A DNA stretch of 64,000 nt from Escherichia coli O157:H7. Lineage in GTDB: Bacteria > Pseudomonadota > Gammaproteobacteria > Enterobacterales > Enterobacteriaceae. This document shows positions 1-8,694 of the stretch, in pieces. A program made the position numbers and the translations under genes. The stretch lies in NCBI RefSeq assembly GCF_013167455.1, contig NZ_CP038328.1; one strand, written 5' to 3'. The first letter of the stretch is position 1. Each line of letters begins with the position of its first letter. The notes under the pieces were generated by a model, which saw only the letters and a program-made list of their open reading frames with translations, made no database searches and was not told the DNA's origin.

Positions 1-1
1 T

Positions 2-214
2 CAATTTACCGCAAACGTAACCGAAGGCCGTAACAGTGGGATGACGAAAAGAGAATATTATCAGCGACTTGATAACATGAACGGTAAGGCCGACGTCACC
101 CAGCAGATGATAACGCTCTATAAGACTTTTGTTGACTACGTATATGAACATCCAAAGCAAGACGCAAAGATTTCAGGGACGTATATTTATACTAACTGTA
201 TGAACAACTTCTAG
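2..214 (+). CDS. Hypothetical protein, C-terminal ~70 codons only (5' end lies outside the window)
   Basis: Stop-free reading frame from the window edge to TAG at 212-214, same strand and 151 bp upstream of the 366..1682 gene; no recognisable family from the fragment. Confidence 0.35.
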   Translation, partial: QFTANVTEGRNSGMTKREYYQRLDNMNGKADVTQQMITLYKTFVDYVYEHPKQDAKISGTYIYTNCMNNF

Positions 215-365
215 AAACGTAGGTGCCTGAACATGATAGAACTCAGCTGCCAGCATAGAGTGGAAAGCGGAGGCTTACCATCGTATATTCATCGCGTTAT
301 CTTTCCGTAACTATAATCTGTCTCAGTTGATCTAGTGCCTTTCAGGGCTGAACTAAGGAATAAAG

Positions 366-1682
366 ATGAATGACGGTGTTATGCTAGATTCTGACGTTAT
401 TGCTGGTCTTGAGTGGTTAGCATCAACTCAAGAGAACAAACAACACTTTTACCAGCGCTTAGCAAAAGCACAGCAATTTTACATAGCTACAACCCAAAAA
501 GCTGCCAATTTCGGGAAACAGTTTGACCCAGAATGGTATGGTTCCGACGTGGTTGCTGGTTATTTCGCACAAGCAAAATCGCTTATCGATAATAGAAGGT
601 CTTACGAAGTTACTAATGCTTCAAATATAATACCATGGGTTAAACAATTAGGAGTGTGTGCTAAATCGCTCGATAGAATTACTGGCGCTAGAGATCGCGC
701 AATCAGAATGCTTAAGAATACAACAGTATTACCAGACACAGCCTTATTAGAGTTGGTTCTTGCTGGAAACTATGCATCAGAAGGTTATGAAGTTGAGTTC
801 ATTCCAGAACAAAAAGGGATAGCAAAAACCCCGGAGTTTCGTTGCCGCCTTGGAGATGGCGATTATTTCTTTGTCGAATGCAAAAGGCTTCAGAAAGGTC
901 CTTACGTAAAGCAGGAAATATTACAGCATCATATACGCTCACATCTTGCCGAACTTCATATCAAATCCAAAAAGATGAACGTATGGACTGATGTCACATA
1001 TTTATGTGAAGTTAAAGACGCGCCTGAAAACTATATCATTAGCCACTTAAAAAACTTTAAAGGTGTATTTTATGAATGGAATGATGATTATGGAAAAGGA
1101 ACGATTAGACCGGCCAACTTAAATCTTATCAGGGAAGATATCACTGAAAACGGCTCATTACTAGTCAACACTAAACTTGCTCGTCTTATCAAAGGCTCCC
1201 CTCTGGAAGATGAAAATTACCAAGTTGTTGCTATGGGACGACCAGATGAGCGCGACTCACGTTTCATAACCAAAGTTAAACTTGCTTCTTTGATAACATG
1301 GCGTTGTATCAATGAAAAATCTTTCGATGCACGTTCGCGACATGTAACAAAAACATTAGCAGAGATAGATAACCAGCTTTTGGATTATGGTCTAGGCGTA
1401 GGGCATATAGCTTTGGATGTAGATATTCAAAAGGATGTTGCCGATAAACGAAGGGAAAAAAACTATGCTGCCATAGTAAATTTTGAGCAAAAATCTAAAA
1501 TAGTCCGCCTGAATGTTCATTATCTCGTGCCACGCATAGATGAGAACTCTGCGTGGATGGTAGATGAAACTGCGGATGACTTTTTTACCCATGATCTGGT
1601 CAAATATGTTATCCCATTGACTAAAATATTCCCCGAGGCTGAGGTATTTGAGAATGACCAACCTGGCTGGCATCAAAATTAA
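366..1682 (+). CDS. Hypothetical 438-aa protein; possible PD-(D/E)xK-like nuclease motif (E142/E144 ... D164/D166 ... E171-x-K173)
   Basis: Long ORF with ATG at 366 preceded by AAGGAA RBS-like sequence; motif GYEVEF...GDGDYFFVECK read directly from the translation; family assignment not possible without HMM search. Confidence 0.6.
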   Translation: MNDGVMLDSDVIAGLEWLASTQENKQHFYQRLAKAQQFYIATTQKAANFGKQFDPEWYGSDVVAGYFAQAKSLIDNRRSYEVTNASNIIPWVKQLGVCAKSLDRITGARDRAIRMLKNTTVLPDTALLELVLAGNYASEGYEVEFIPEQKGIAKTPEFRCRLGDGDYFFVECKRLQKGPYVKQEILQHHIRSHLAELHIKSKKMNVWTDVTYLCEVKDAPENYIISHLKNFKGVFYEWNDDYGKGTIRPANLNLIREDITENGSLLVNTKLARLIKGSPLEDENYQVVAMGRPDERDSRFITKVKLASLITWRCINEKSFDARSRHVTKTLAEIDNQLLDYGLGVGHIALDVDIQKDVADKRREKNYAAIVNFEQKSKIVRLNVHYLVPRIDENSAWMVDETADDFFTHDLVKYVIPLTKIFPEAEVFENDQPGWHQN

Positions 1683-1880
1683 TTTATTTTTGATAGTATG
1701 AACGAGGGTAGCATTTCTATACAAATCAGTGTTCGGCTGATAGCGAGTTAAACAGTTTACTGAAATGTTCTCAGCAATTAGCTGTTGCCAGGACCTCAAA
1801 AATCCGATTCTGGCGGAAAGTGTGCTGTTTTACCAAGTATTGCTCGTATCTGCAAAGTGTTAGAGCATGTTTTAAGTATA

Positions 1881-2450
1881 TCAGTAACCCTTATTCAGTA
1901 ATGCAGCAAGCGTCGCTCTTGAAACACCGTATTCACGCGCCAATGCGCTAACACTAACCCCAGCGGCCCTTTTGTCTAAAATCGCTCCACGAGCTTCCGG
2001 TGCGATTTTAGCAGGCCTGCCCAATTTCCTGCCTTCAGCTTTTGCCCGTAACAGCCCCGCATTAGTCCGTTCAATCAGCAGGTCACGCTCCATCTCCGCA
2101 ACCGCTGCTAGCATCGACAACAGGAGCTTACCGGCAGCAGAGGTGAGATCAGTGGTGCCAAGCTGATGGACAATAACCTTGATGTTTCGGTCAGCCAACG
2201 TCCTGACAGTTTGCAGAACGTCAATTGCATCACGCCCGAGGCGGTCCAGCTTTGCAACTACCAACGTTTCCCCATCGCGGATTTTGCTGAGCATTTCAAA
2301 AAACGCTTTGCGTTGCACCGCAGGAACCTTTCCGCTGACTACATCAGAAAACCAAAAGTCGAACGTCCACCCAGCTTGTTCAAGTTCCATGCGCTGGTTC
2401 TCAGTATCCTGCTGGGATGTCGAAACACGCCCGTAGCCAAAAATAGCCAT
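1881..2450 (-). CDS. Serine recombinase (resolvase/invertase family)
   Basis: N-terminus MAIFGYGRVSTSQQ contains the catalytic-serine motif typical of resolvase/invertase enzymes; C-terminal helix-turn-helix-like region; GGAGA RBS 6 nt upstream of the chosen ATG (ORF track extends 23 codons further upstream). Confidence 0.8.
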   Translation of the reverse strand: MAIFGYGRVSTSQQDTENQRMELEQAGWTFDFWFSDVVSGKVPAVQRKAFFEMLSKIRDGETLVVAKLDRLGRDAIDVLQTVRTLADRNIKVIVHQLGTTDLTSAAGKLLLSMLAAVAEMERDLLIERTNAGLLRAKAEGRKLGRPAKIAPEARGAILDKRAAGVSVSALAREYGVSRATLAALLNKGY

Positions 2451-2642
2451 AGTCATCTCCTCATCCGGCCCCTGCCAGAAAACGGTGATGAAAATAGGAT
2501 GGCCTGCCGGAAAAGCCAAGGCTAATTTTCCAACAGTGTGAAAGCGTGCGGTTGGAGGATGCCGGAAAACGGTCGTTTGTTGGCGCTTAAAACGGGTGAA
2601 GACATGTTAGGCTGAAACCATCACTTCATAAGGACAACCGAA

Positions 2643-3110
2643 ATGATTAAAGACGCGATTTTTTCACCGTGCGGTAAGTATCGCTACTCGTTATCACGAG
2701 TCTGGGACGAATCAAAACCGTATACCCTTTTCATAGGGCTAAACCCTTCATACGCCGATGCCGAGAAGGATGATCGCACCTTGAGCCGCTGCATATCGTT
2801 TGCCAAAAGCTGGGGCTACGGTGGCGTATACATGGCCAACCTGTTCGCATTCGTTCACACCCAGCGACATGAAATGATGAAAGCGTCTGATCCCATTGGC
2901 AAAGATAACGATAGCCACTTGATACGTCTTGTTAGCGGTGCCGGACTGGTTGTCGCCGCATGGGGAAATGAAGGAAGACACCTCAAACGCTCAACGACCG
3001 TCCGACAGCTATTGCCAGAGAGCACAATGTGCTTCGTCTTAAACGCTACAGGTGAGCCGAAGCACCCTTTGTATATGAAAAACGACAGTGTTCTCATACC
3101 TTTAGGTTAA
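2643..3110 (+). CDS. DUF1643-family protein (155 aa), function unknown
   Basis: Translation (FSPCGKYRYSL...FIGLNPSYAD...) resembles DUF1643 proteins; AGGA RBS before ATG; followed by a 9-bp stem hairpin at 3120-3143. Confidence 0.65.
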   Translation: MIKDAIFSPCGKYRYSLSRVWDESKPYTLFIGLNPSYADAEKDDRTLSRCISFAKSWGYGGVYMANLFAFVHTQRHEMMKASDPIGKDNDSHLIRLVSGAGLVVAAWGNEGRHLKRSTTVRQLLPESTMCFVLNATGEPKHPLYMKNDSVLIPLG

Positions 3111-4113
3111 CATCGATAACTGCGTTCAGAATATGAACGCAGCCATATGATATATATGACTTTTCTTTAAAATGATGGTGTGCTAGCTTCTCTCCTGACA
3201 CCTACCTCATGCGGTAAACCGGTCCGGGTAGGTGGAGATCACCGCTGTTTAGCGGAAGACGTCAGGATGGGAACTCTGCGTAACGTTGATTGTGGTAGGT
3301 AGGGCGCGCAAGCGTTTGATGCAGCCAAGCAGAGGGTGAAAGTAGCTATCGGCGGATTCTTAAGTAGCTTCTTTTGCGCATAATGCATCTTTCAAGAAAG
3401 GTCGTCACACCACGAGGAAGACTTGATCTTCATCTGGCAAGGGGAACCGAGCAAACCTACAGGCTATCTTCTCAGATGGCCTTAGGGTTGATATGTCCGG
3501 CTTCCCCCCCGAGGAAGGGTTTACATCTTAAAGAACAAGTTATGTTTTAACATTTTTAACAATTACACTTCTCTGCTGTTTGGTGTCTTATGGCGTTCCC
3601 GTCAAAAGTAAAGCTGCCGTTTTTACCTCACATGCGTAACAACCAAACACGAACCAGAAGCTGCTAACGTTCAACGTGTTCGCGGTGTAAATGCAGCCGG
3701 ATAAGTTGGGAGCGAAAAAGTGGATGTCCTAGGTTTGGAAGCGCCCCTCTTAAGCATTGCATCCGATAATTTCCGTGGCGGTGAGACAGTCCTTATAGAG
3801 GCAATCAGCCTCCAAAGTTAAGCGACGCGGTAAAACTAAAGCTCGCCCAGATTTCTCATTGATTGCTCGAACTCCGCTACGCTTGTTTCAACTGGCTTCA
3901 CCAGTCACTCTATGAGAGCGCCGCGAATTCTGCACCATGATTTCGACTACCTTCTTTAAAACACTCGCCAGAGAGCCTTACAGCGCGTTTGAACCGCATA
4001 TCGCAGCTTCTGCTTACGGATGACTGTCTGATTAGCAGTAGCTTCATGGCCCAGTCCGGTTTACTTTATTGCTATCAACTAGGAGCCGCCCAAGGGCAAC
4101 ACGGAGATAACGC

Positions 4114-4446
4114 TTGAGAACCGTCGAAATACTGCAATACACCTTACGCAAAGGCAGCGGTGCCGCTTTTCACGCCATAATGCAGGAAATCAGTGTTCCC
4201 CTACACCAAAGCCACGGGATCGATGTTGTTTCGTTTGGCAACTCGCTTGATGACCTGGATTGCTACTACTTGATTCGCGCCTTTGACAGCGCTAAAAGCA
4301 TGACTGCGGTTCTCGATGCTTTTTACGCAAGCGCAGACTGGCGCAGCGGCCCACGCGAAGACATCATTGGCAGCATAGAGAACTGCATTAAAACAGTGAT
4401 TAGCCTACCATCAGAAAGCGTGAAAGGGCTGCGGATGCAATCGTAA
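4114..4446 (+). CDS. NIPSNAP-like small protein (110 aa), TTG start
   Basis: ORF bounded by an in-frame TAA at 4108-4110; GGAG 9 nt upstream of TTG; sequence resembles NIPSNAP/Dabb-like small proteins. Confidence 0.45.
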   Translation: MRTVEILQYTLRKGSGAAFHAIMQEISVPLHQSHGIDVVSFGNSLDDLDCYYLIRAFDSAKSMTAVLDAFYASADWRSGPREDIIGSIENCIKTVISLPSESVKGLRMQS

Positions 4447-4567
4447 GTAATCAAGTGTATTAGCTTAGATTTGACCTAAACAGCTTTGTGCCAAAAGTGG
4501 ACTAGGAAAAGCCTAGCGATAAAGAGTTGAGTTTAATAACTACTAACTGAAATTTAATGGGTGATAT

Positions 4568-4945
4568 ATGAATTTAGATGAAGAATTTTACGAATTACAA
4601 AAACTCTTTGCTCAGAAGGATCTACTGACTGAGAAAAGACGCTCTAGTGGCGGCGGATTCATGGAAATTCTCTTGGTGAAGAGACAGAACATGAAGATAA
4701 AAATATATCAAGAAAAAGGACATCAACTTCCCCATATTCATATTGACTATGGAAAACAAGCGCATGCTGCCAGTTATGCCATACAATCAGGAGACCGCAT
4801 AGAGGGAGATTTACCTAAGAAATATGATAGTGATGTTTCGAGTTGGTTGGGGAGAAATCGTGATAAAATTTTAGAAATCTGGAATGCACTACAAGCTGGC
4901 GCACCTTATGAACCACTAATCGCAGAATTGACTGGCGGAGTGTGA
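4568..4945 (+). CDS. DUF4160-family protein with ~30-aa N-terminal extension
   Basis: Core ...KIKIYQEKGHQLPHIHIDYGKQ...GDLPKK...W... matches the DUF4160 signature (HxPHFH...Y.G); start uncertain (internal Met at residue 42 is an alternative). Confidence 0.5.
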   Translation: MNLDEEFYELQKLFAQKDLLTEKRRSSGGGFMEILLVKRQNMKIKIYQEKGHQLPHIHIDYGKQAHAASYAIQSGDRIEGDLPKKYDSDVSSWLGRNRDKILEIWNALQAGAPYEPLIAELTGGV

Positions 4946-5127
4946 CTAACTAAATAATTTTCCCCTAAAAAAATTCGATGTAGGAAAATATATATAAGTA
5001 AGAATCATGAGTGTCCGCTCCTCGCTCAAGGCGGACTGTTAGACTTGATTGTATGCTGTCAGAGAAAACCGTCAGATCAATTCTGTGAACCGCCCCGGGT
5101 TTCCTGGAGAGTGTTTTATCTGTGAAC

Positions 5128-6018
5128 TCAGGCTGCCAGATCATCGTTTCCGATGGAAGCATAATAAGCTTTTTCTGCTTCTGCCGGAGGAGTATGGCCC
5201 AGCCTTCCCAGCAATCGTCGATTGTTATACCAGTCCACCCACGTTAGTGTGGCCAGTTCCACTTCTGCACGGTTTTTCCAGCTCTTACGGTGTATTACCT
5301 CCGCTTTGTAAAGACCATTGATGCTCTCAGCCATCGCGTTGTCATACGAGTCGCCTGTACTCCCTGTTGATGCCAGTAATCCGGCTTCTTTTAGTCGCTC
5401 CGTATAGGCCAGTGACACATACTGAGAGCCTTTATCGCTGTGATGGATGGTGCCAGACGGACGACGGGCCCACAACGCCTGCTCCAGCGCATCCAGCACG
5501 AATGTCGTTTCCATAGACGATGAGACCCGCCACCCCACGATGTATCCGGCAAACACATCAATGATAAACGCCACATAGACGAAGCCCTGCCATGTGCTGA
5601 CGTAAGTAAAATCAGCCACCCACAGCTGGTCAGGTCGTTCTGCCACGAACTGACGGTTTACGCGGTCGCCTGCGGCAACGGCTTTCCGGCTGATGGTCGT
5701 ACGGACCTTTTTACCCCGGAGAACACCGGCAAGTCCCATAACCGCCATGAGACGTGCCACTGTACATCTGGCCACCCTGATTCCTTCCCGTAACAACTGA
5801 CGCCAGACTTTACGCACACCGTACACCTGATGATTTTCATCGTATACGCGCTGTATCTCTCTCTTCAGCCAGTCGTCGTGCTGCGCACGGGCACTGCGTT
5901 TATCCGGATGATGTCGCTGTTGCTGACAATGGTAATACGTTGACGGGGCAATATGCAGTTCGCTGCATACCGGTCCGACCCCGTACTGCTCACGCAGCTT
6001 ATCCAGCAGTGGCATCAT
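5128..6018 (-). CDS. IS3-family transposase OrfB (integrase/DDE catalytic domain)
   Basis: 296-aa ORF with DDE-transposase features (..WVADFTYV.. / ..HSDKGSQY.. / ..DNAMAES..), overlapping OrfA in the -1 frame. Confidence 0.85.
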   Translation of the reverse strand: MMPLLDKLREQYGVGPVCSELHIAPSTYYHCQQQRHHPDKRSARAQHDDWLKREIQRVYDENHQVYGVRKVWRQLLREGIRVARCTVARLMAVMGLAGVLRGKKVRTTISRKAVAAGDRVNRQFVAERPDQLWVADFTYVSTWQGFVYVAFIIDVFAGYIVGWRVSSSMETTFVLDALEQALWARRPSGTIHHSDKGSQYVSLAYTERLKEAGLLASTGSTGDSYDNAMAESINGLYKAEVIHRKSWKNRAEVELATLTWVDWYNNRRLLGRLGHTPPAEAEKAYYASIGNDDLAA

Positions 6019-6341
6019 TTTTTCCAGAGGCGGTCGAACTCCGCCTTCGCAAAATAAGCGGAAGCCTGGCGAAGGATATCGTTACTGCGGCGCAGTTCAC
6101 GATTTTCACGTTCCAGCTCTTTCAGACGCTGACGTTCAGCGCTGGTGAGCCCACCATCACCGCCCCCGGTATCCCGCTCATGCTGGCGAACCCAGACACG
6201 CAGAGTCTCCGGCGTACAGCCAATCTTTGGGGCAATGGAACAAATTGCCGCCCACTGTGAGTCATATTCATCCTGACTTTCCAGAACCATACGAATCGCC
6301 CGCTGACGGACTTCGGGGGAAAAACGAGTATTTTTAGTCAT
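6015..6341 (-). CDS. IS3-family transposase OrfA (HTH / leucine-zipper part)
   Basis: 108-aa [22 protein letters not shown]... ending in the A-rich slippery region CTGGAAAAAATGA that overlaps the OrfB start. Confidence 0.85.
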   Translation of the reverse strand: MTKNTRFSPEVRQRAIRMVLESQDEYDSQWAAICSIAPKIGCTPETLRVWVRQHERDTGGGDGGLTSAERQRLKELERENRELRRSNDILRQASAYFAKAEFDRLWKK

Positions 6342-6392
6342 CCTGTTTACCTCTTTCTCAGGGAGTTTAGTCTCCAGGATTTCCGGGGCGGT

Positions 6393-8366
6393 TCACTTTC
6401 TTCGCAGCGCATCTCTTACAGCATCCAGCCCATCAGGAATGTTGAATCTCGCTATCTCGGGCAAAGAAAAATCAATCTTTTCGACAACCTCAACCATGTG
6501 AACCGGTTTTAAATCTTTGCTGTATCGCACTTCAGTTTCTGTTTTGCCTCGCACATGCCCAAGTAGCTGCCCACGCAGTTCCGAACTAACACCCTTCTCT
6601 TTAAGCAAAGTTGAAACAGAATGCCGGAAAGAGTGGAAAGATTTGCTTCTGTCTCTTTCAAGTTTTAATCGACCCGCAAGCAATGATTCATTGAACCATG
6701 CGGAAACCGGCCTACCATAGCCTTTGGTTTTATGTGGTTTAAGCTCGGGAAAAAGACGGTCATACCCGGCAGCTTTCAACGCATCCACATACTCGATAAA
6801 ACCGAGTTCAATCAGCGTAGAATGAACCGGAATCTTGCGGCGGGAATTGGCGTTTTTTAGTTTCTTTCCGTTTTCGCTATCGCTTTCAAGGTTCAGGTAA
6901 TAAACGCCGTCATCTGCCAGAACATCGTCCAGCATTAACTGTGCAATCTCGTTAACCCTTGCCCCCGTCATCAAGCCCAACAACGGCGCCCAATAGTGAA
7001 ACGGGCAATATTGATGGAATCGCCCTTGCGCATTACGTTCAACAGTTCCAGCGACAAACCACGGTTGCGAAAAAATTGCCTTAATTTCATGCGGTTCAAA
7101 TATGTCAGTGTGATCCTGCTCTCGCTCACCTTTGTCATCGGGAGGGAAAAAGTTGTCGCATGGCGATTTCAGAAACTTACCATCATCAACAGCCCACTCC
7201 ATTGCACCATAAAGGCCGTTGATATACTTTTTGACAGACTCTTCTGTCATCAGTTTATCGCCACATTCTGCCGCTTTGGCGATTAACTCATCCAGCGTCT
7301 TAACCCCGTGCTTACCTTTCATCAAATTACGGTTAGCAGGAATTGTGCGCAACTTGCTCTCATAAGCCCGGAGGAAATCACGGTCGAAATCTTCCAACTG
7401 AATATCCCCCATCACTTCAATCATCAAATCGAAGTAATAGCGAATATCGCGGAGCGCCGCTTCTGATACCTTGCCCTTACGTCGATGTTTCAAATACTCT
7501 TCACGAAGCCATGACAAGTTTTCATTGTAATGTTTGCGGTGAACATATTCATTAGCGATAACAGGAGCGACAAGAGGCACGGCAGGGTGAATGCTAACTG
7601 CTGGTGGCGTGGTCTTAACCAGCCATGTAAGTCGAAGGCCTTCAGCATGAACTTTGCTAATCAACAGGCTATCAGCAGTTATATCTACGCCGGGTAAATC
7701 GAAGAACCAACCTCCACTTTGGTTATCACCACTAGTTCGAAATGCAGCCTCTCCTTCGGATACTCCAGCGCTCAACAGACAATCTAAAGTATGCCGGGGA
7801 TTGAAGGGGCGGAGATAACCATTTGCGAAGCTCTCGATACCCAGCTCAAACGCGCTATTGAGAATGATGACTTCTTTAGGTTGATCCTTTTCATCATCAG
7901 ACTGTTTTTCTCGTTTTGCACCCGGTTCCCGCTCTACTGCATTAAATTCATCAACATAGAAACCGAACTGACCAGTCGCCAGCCAGAATACCGGGAGGTT
8001 ACGATTAACCACCTCTCGAATCAATTGCGATATAGGCAACTCGATTGATTGAGCAAAGTTAGAAAGCGAGATCATACCCTCACCAGCAAGCAGTGGGGCG
8101 CAGTCACTTAAAGTTCGATAATCCAATTGTTCATACTCTTGTAAGGTCTGATACCAGACCGCCAACAGGAGCGCGGACTTCTGCTTTGCTTCATGAAGAT
8201 CGTGAGTGCCTGTTGAAGTGTGAATCTCACACTGTCCTGCGTATCGACGAAAACGTTGGGGAACGCTAATGCGGACAACATAAATGCCGCTGGTTCGACG
8301 ATAGAGTTTATATCGCTGAGACATCGCCTCGTATACCCTTTTGTAAGAGGGGCTACGCGATTTCAA
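6393..8366 (-). CDS. Tyrosine-type site-specific integrase (657 aa) of the leuX island
   Basis: C-terminal catalytic signature (R...HSFRHS...HVRGKTETEVRY); same strand as and immediately 3' of tRNA-Leu; stop codon coincides with the last 3 bp of the IS element. Confidence 0.85.
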   Translation of the reverse strand: MKSRSPSYKRVYEAMSQRYKLYRRTSGIYVVRISVPQRFRRYAGQCEIHTSTGTHDLHEAKQKSALLLAVWYQTLQEYEQLDYRTLSDCAPLLAGEGMISLSNFAQSIELPISQLIREVVNRNLPVFWLATGQFGFYVDEFNAVEREPGAKREKQSDDEKDQPKEVIILNSAFELGIESFANGYLRPFNPRHTLDCLLSAGVSEGEAAFRTSGDNQSGGWFFDLPGVDITADSLLISKVHAEGLRLTWLVKTTPPAVSIHPAVPLVAPVIANEYVHRKHYNENLSWLREEYLKHRRKGKVSEAALRDIRYYFDLMIEVMGDIQLEDFDRDFLRAYESKLRTIPANRNLMKGKHGVKTLDELIAKAAECGDKLMTEESVKKYINGLYGAMEWAVDDGKFLKSPCDNFFPPDDKGEREQDHTDIFEPHEIKAIFSQPWFVAGTVERNAQGRFHQYCPFHYWAPLLGLMTGARVNEIAQLMLDDVLADDGVYYLNLESDSENGKKLKNANSRRKIPVHSTLIELGFIEYVDALKAAGYDRLFPELKPHKTKGYGRPVSAWFNESLLAGRLKLERDRSKSFHSFRHSVSTLLKEKGVSSELRGQLLGHVRGKTETEVRYSKDLKPVHMVEVVEKIDFSLPEIARFNIPDGLDAVRDALRRK

Positions 8367-8414
8367 GCAAGATTATGAATTAAATTGTTTTAAAACAATA
8401 GTTTAGATGAGTCT

Positions 8415-8499
8415 TGGTGCCGAAGGCCGGACTCGAACCGGCACGTATTTCTACGGTTGATTTTGAATCAACTGCGTCTACCGATTTCGCCACTTCGGC
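8415..8499 (-). tRNA. leuX: tRNA-Leu (anticodon CAA)
   Basis: Reverse complement reads GCCGAAGTGGCGAAATCGGTAGACGCAGTTGATTCAAAATCAACC...GGTTCGAGTCCGGCCTTCGGCACCA: cloverleaf-compatible, CAA anticodon loop, CCA end. Confidence 0.9.
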
Positions 8500-8694
8500 A
8501 CTGAAGAGGTATGCGGAAAACGTTGTGGATTATACCTGTCGCACGCCACCATGCAAGCGCCAGCTTGCTCGCACCTCGCTAAGTGCTGAAATTTTCAGCA
8601 TTGCATACAGCGATGTGTAACCTTTGTCACACTCCAGGCACCCCGCCCTGCCATGCTCTACACTTCCCAAACAACACCAGAGAAGGACCAAAAA

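Larger units (their letters stand above)
5086..6395 (-). mobile_element. IS3-family insertion sequence, IS629/IS3411-like, 1310 bp, apparently intact
   Basis: Imperfect terminal inverted repeats TGAACCGCCCCGG..TCCTGGAGA at both ends (5086 and reverse complement at 6395); two overlapping transposase ORFs with an A-rich frameshift window. Confidence 0.85.

Noticed and set aside
17-33. 10-nt match (CCGAAGGCCG) between the window start and the 3' region of leuX, considered as a possible distal att repeat
   Set aside because: Only 10 nt match and the flanking bases differ; it lies inside a stop-free coding frame; too short to distinguish from chance. The real far boundary of the island is probably outside the window.
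1392-2525. ORFs 1392..1799 (minus) and 1972..2166, 2166..2525, 2179..2436 (plus) overlapping the 438-aa gene and the serine recombinase
   Set aside because: Each is antisense to a better-supported gene with recognisable motifs or a proper RBS; no independent evidence.
4965-5321. Short ORFs 4965..5162 (minus) and 5049..5321 (plus) at the left IS boundary
   Set aside because: They straddle the IS terminal inverted repeat and the transposase OrfB region on the wrong strand or frame; no RBS; likely spurious.
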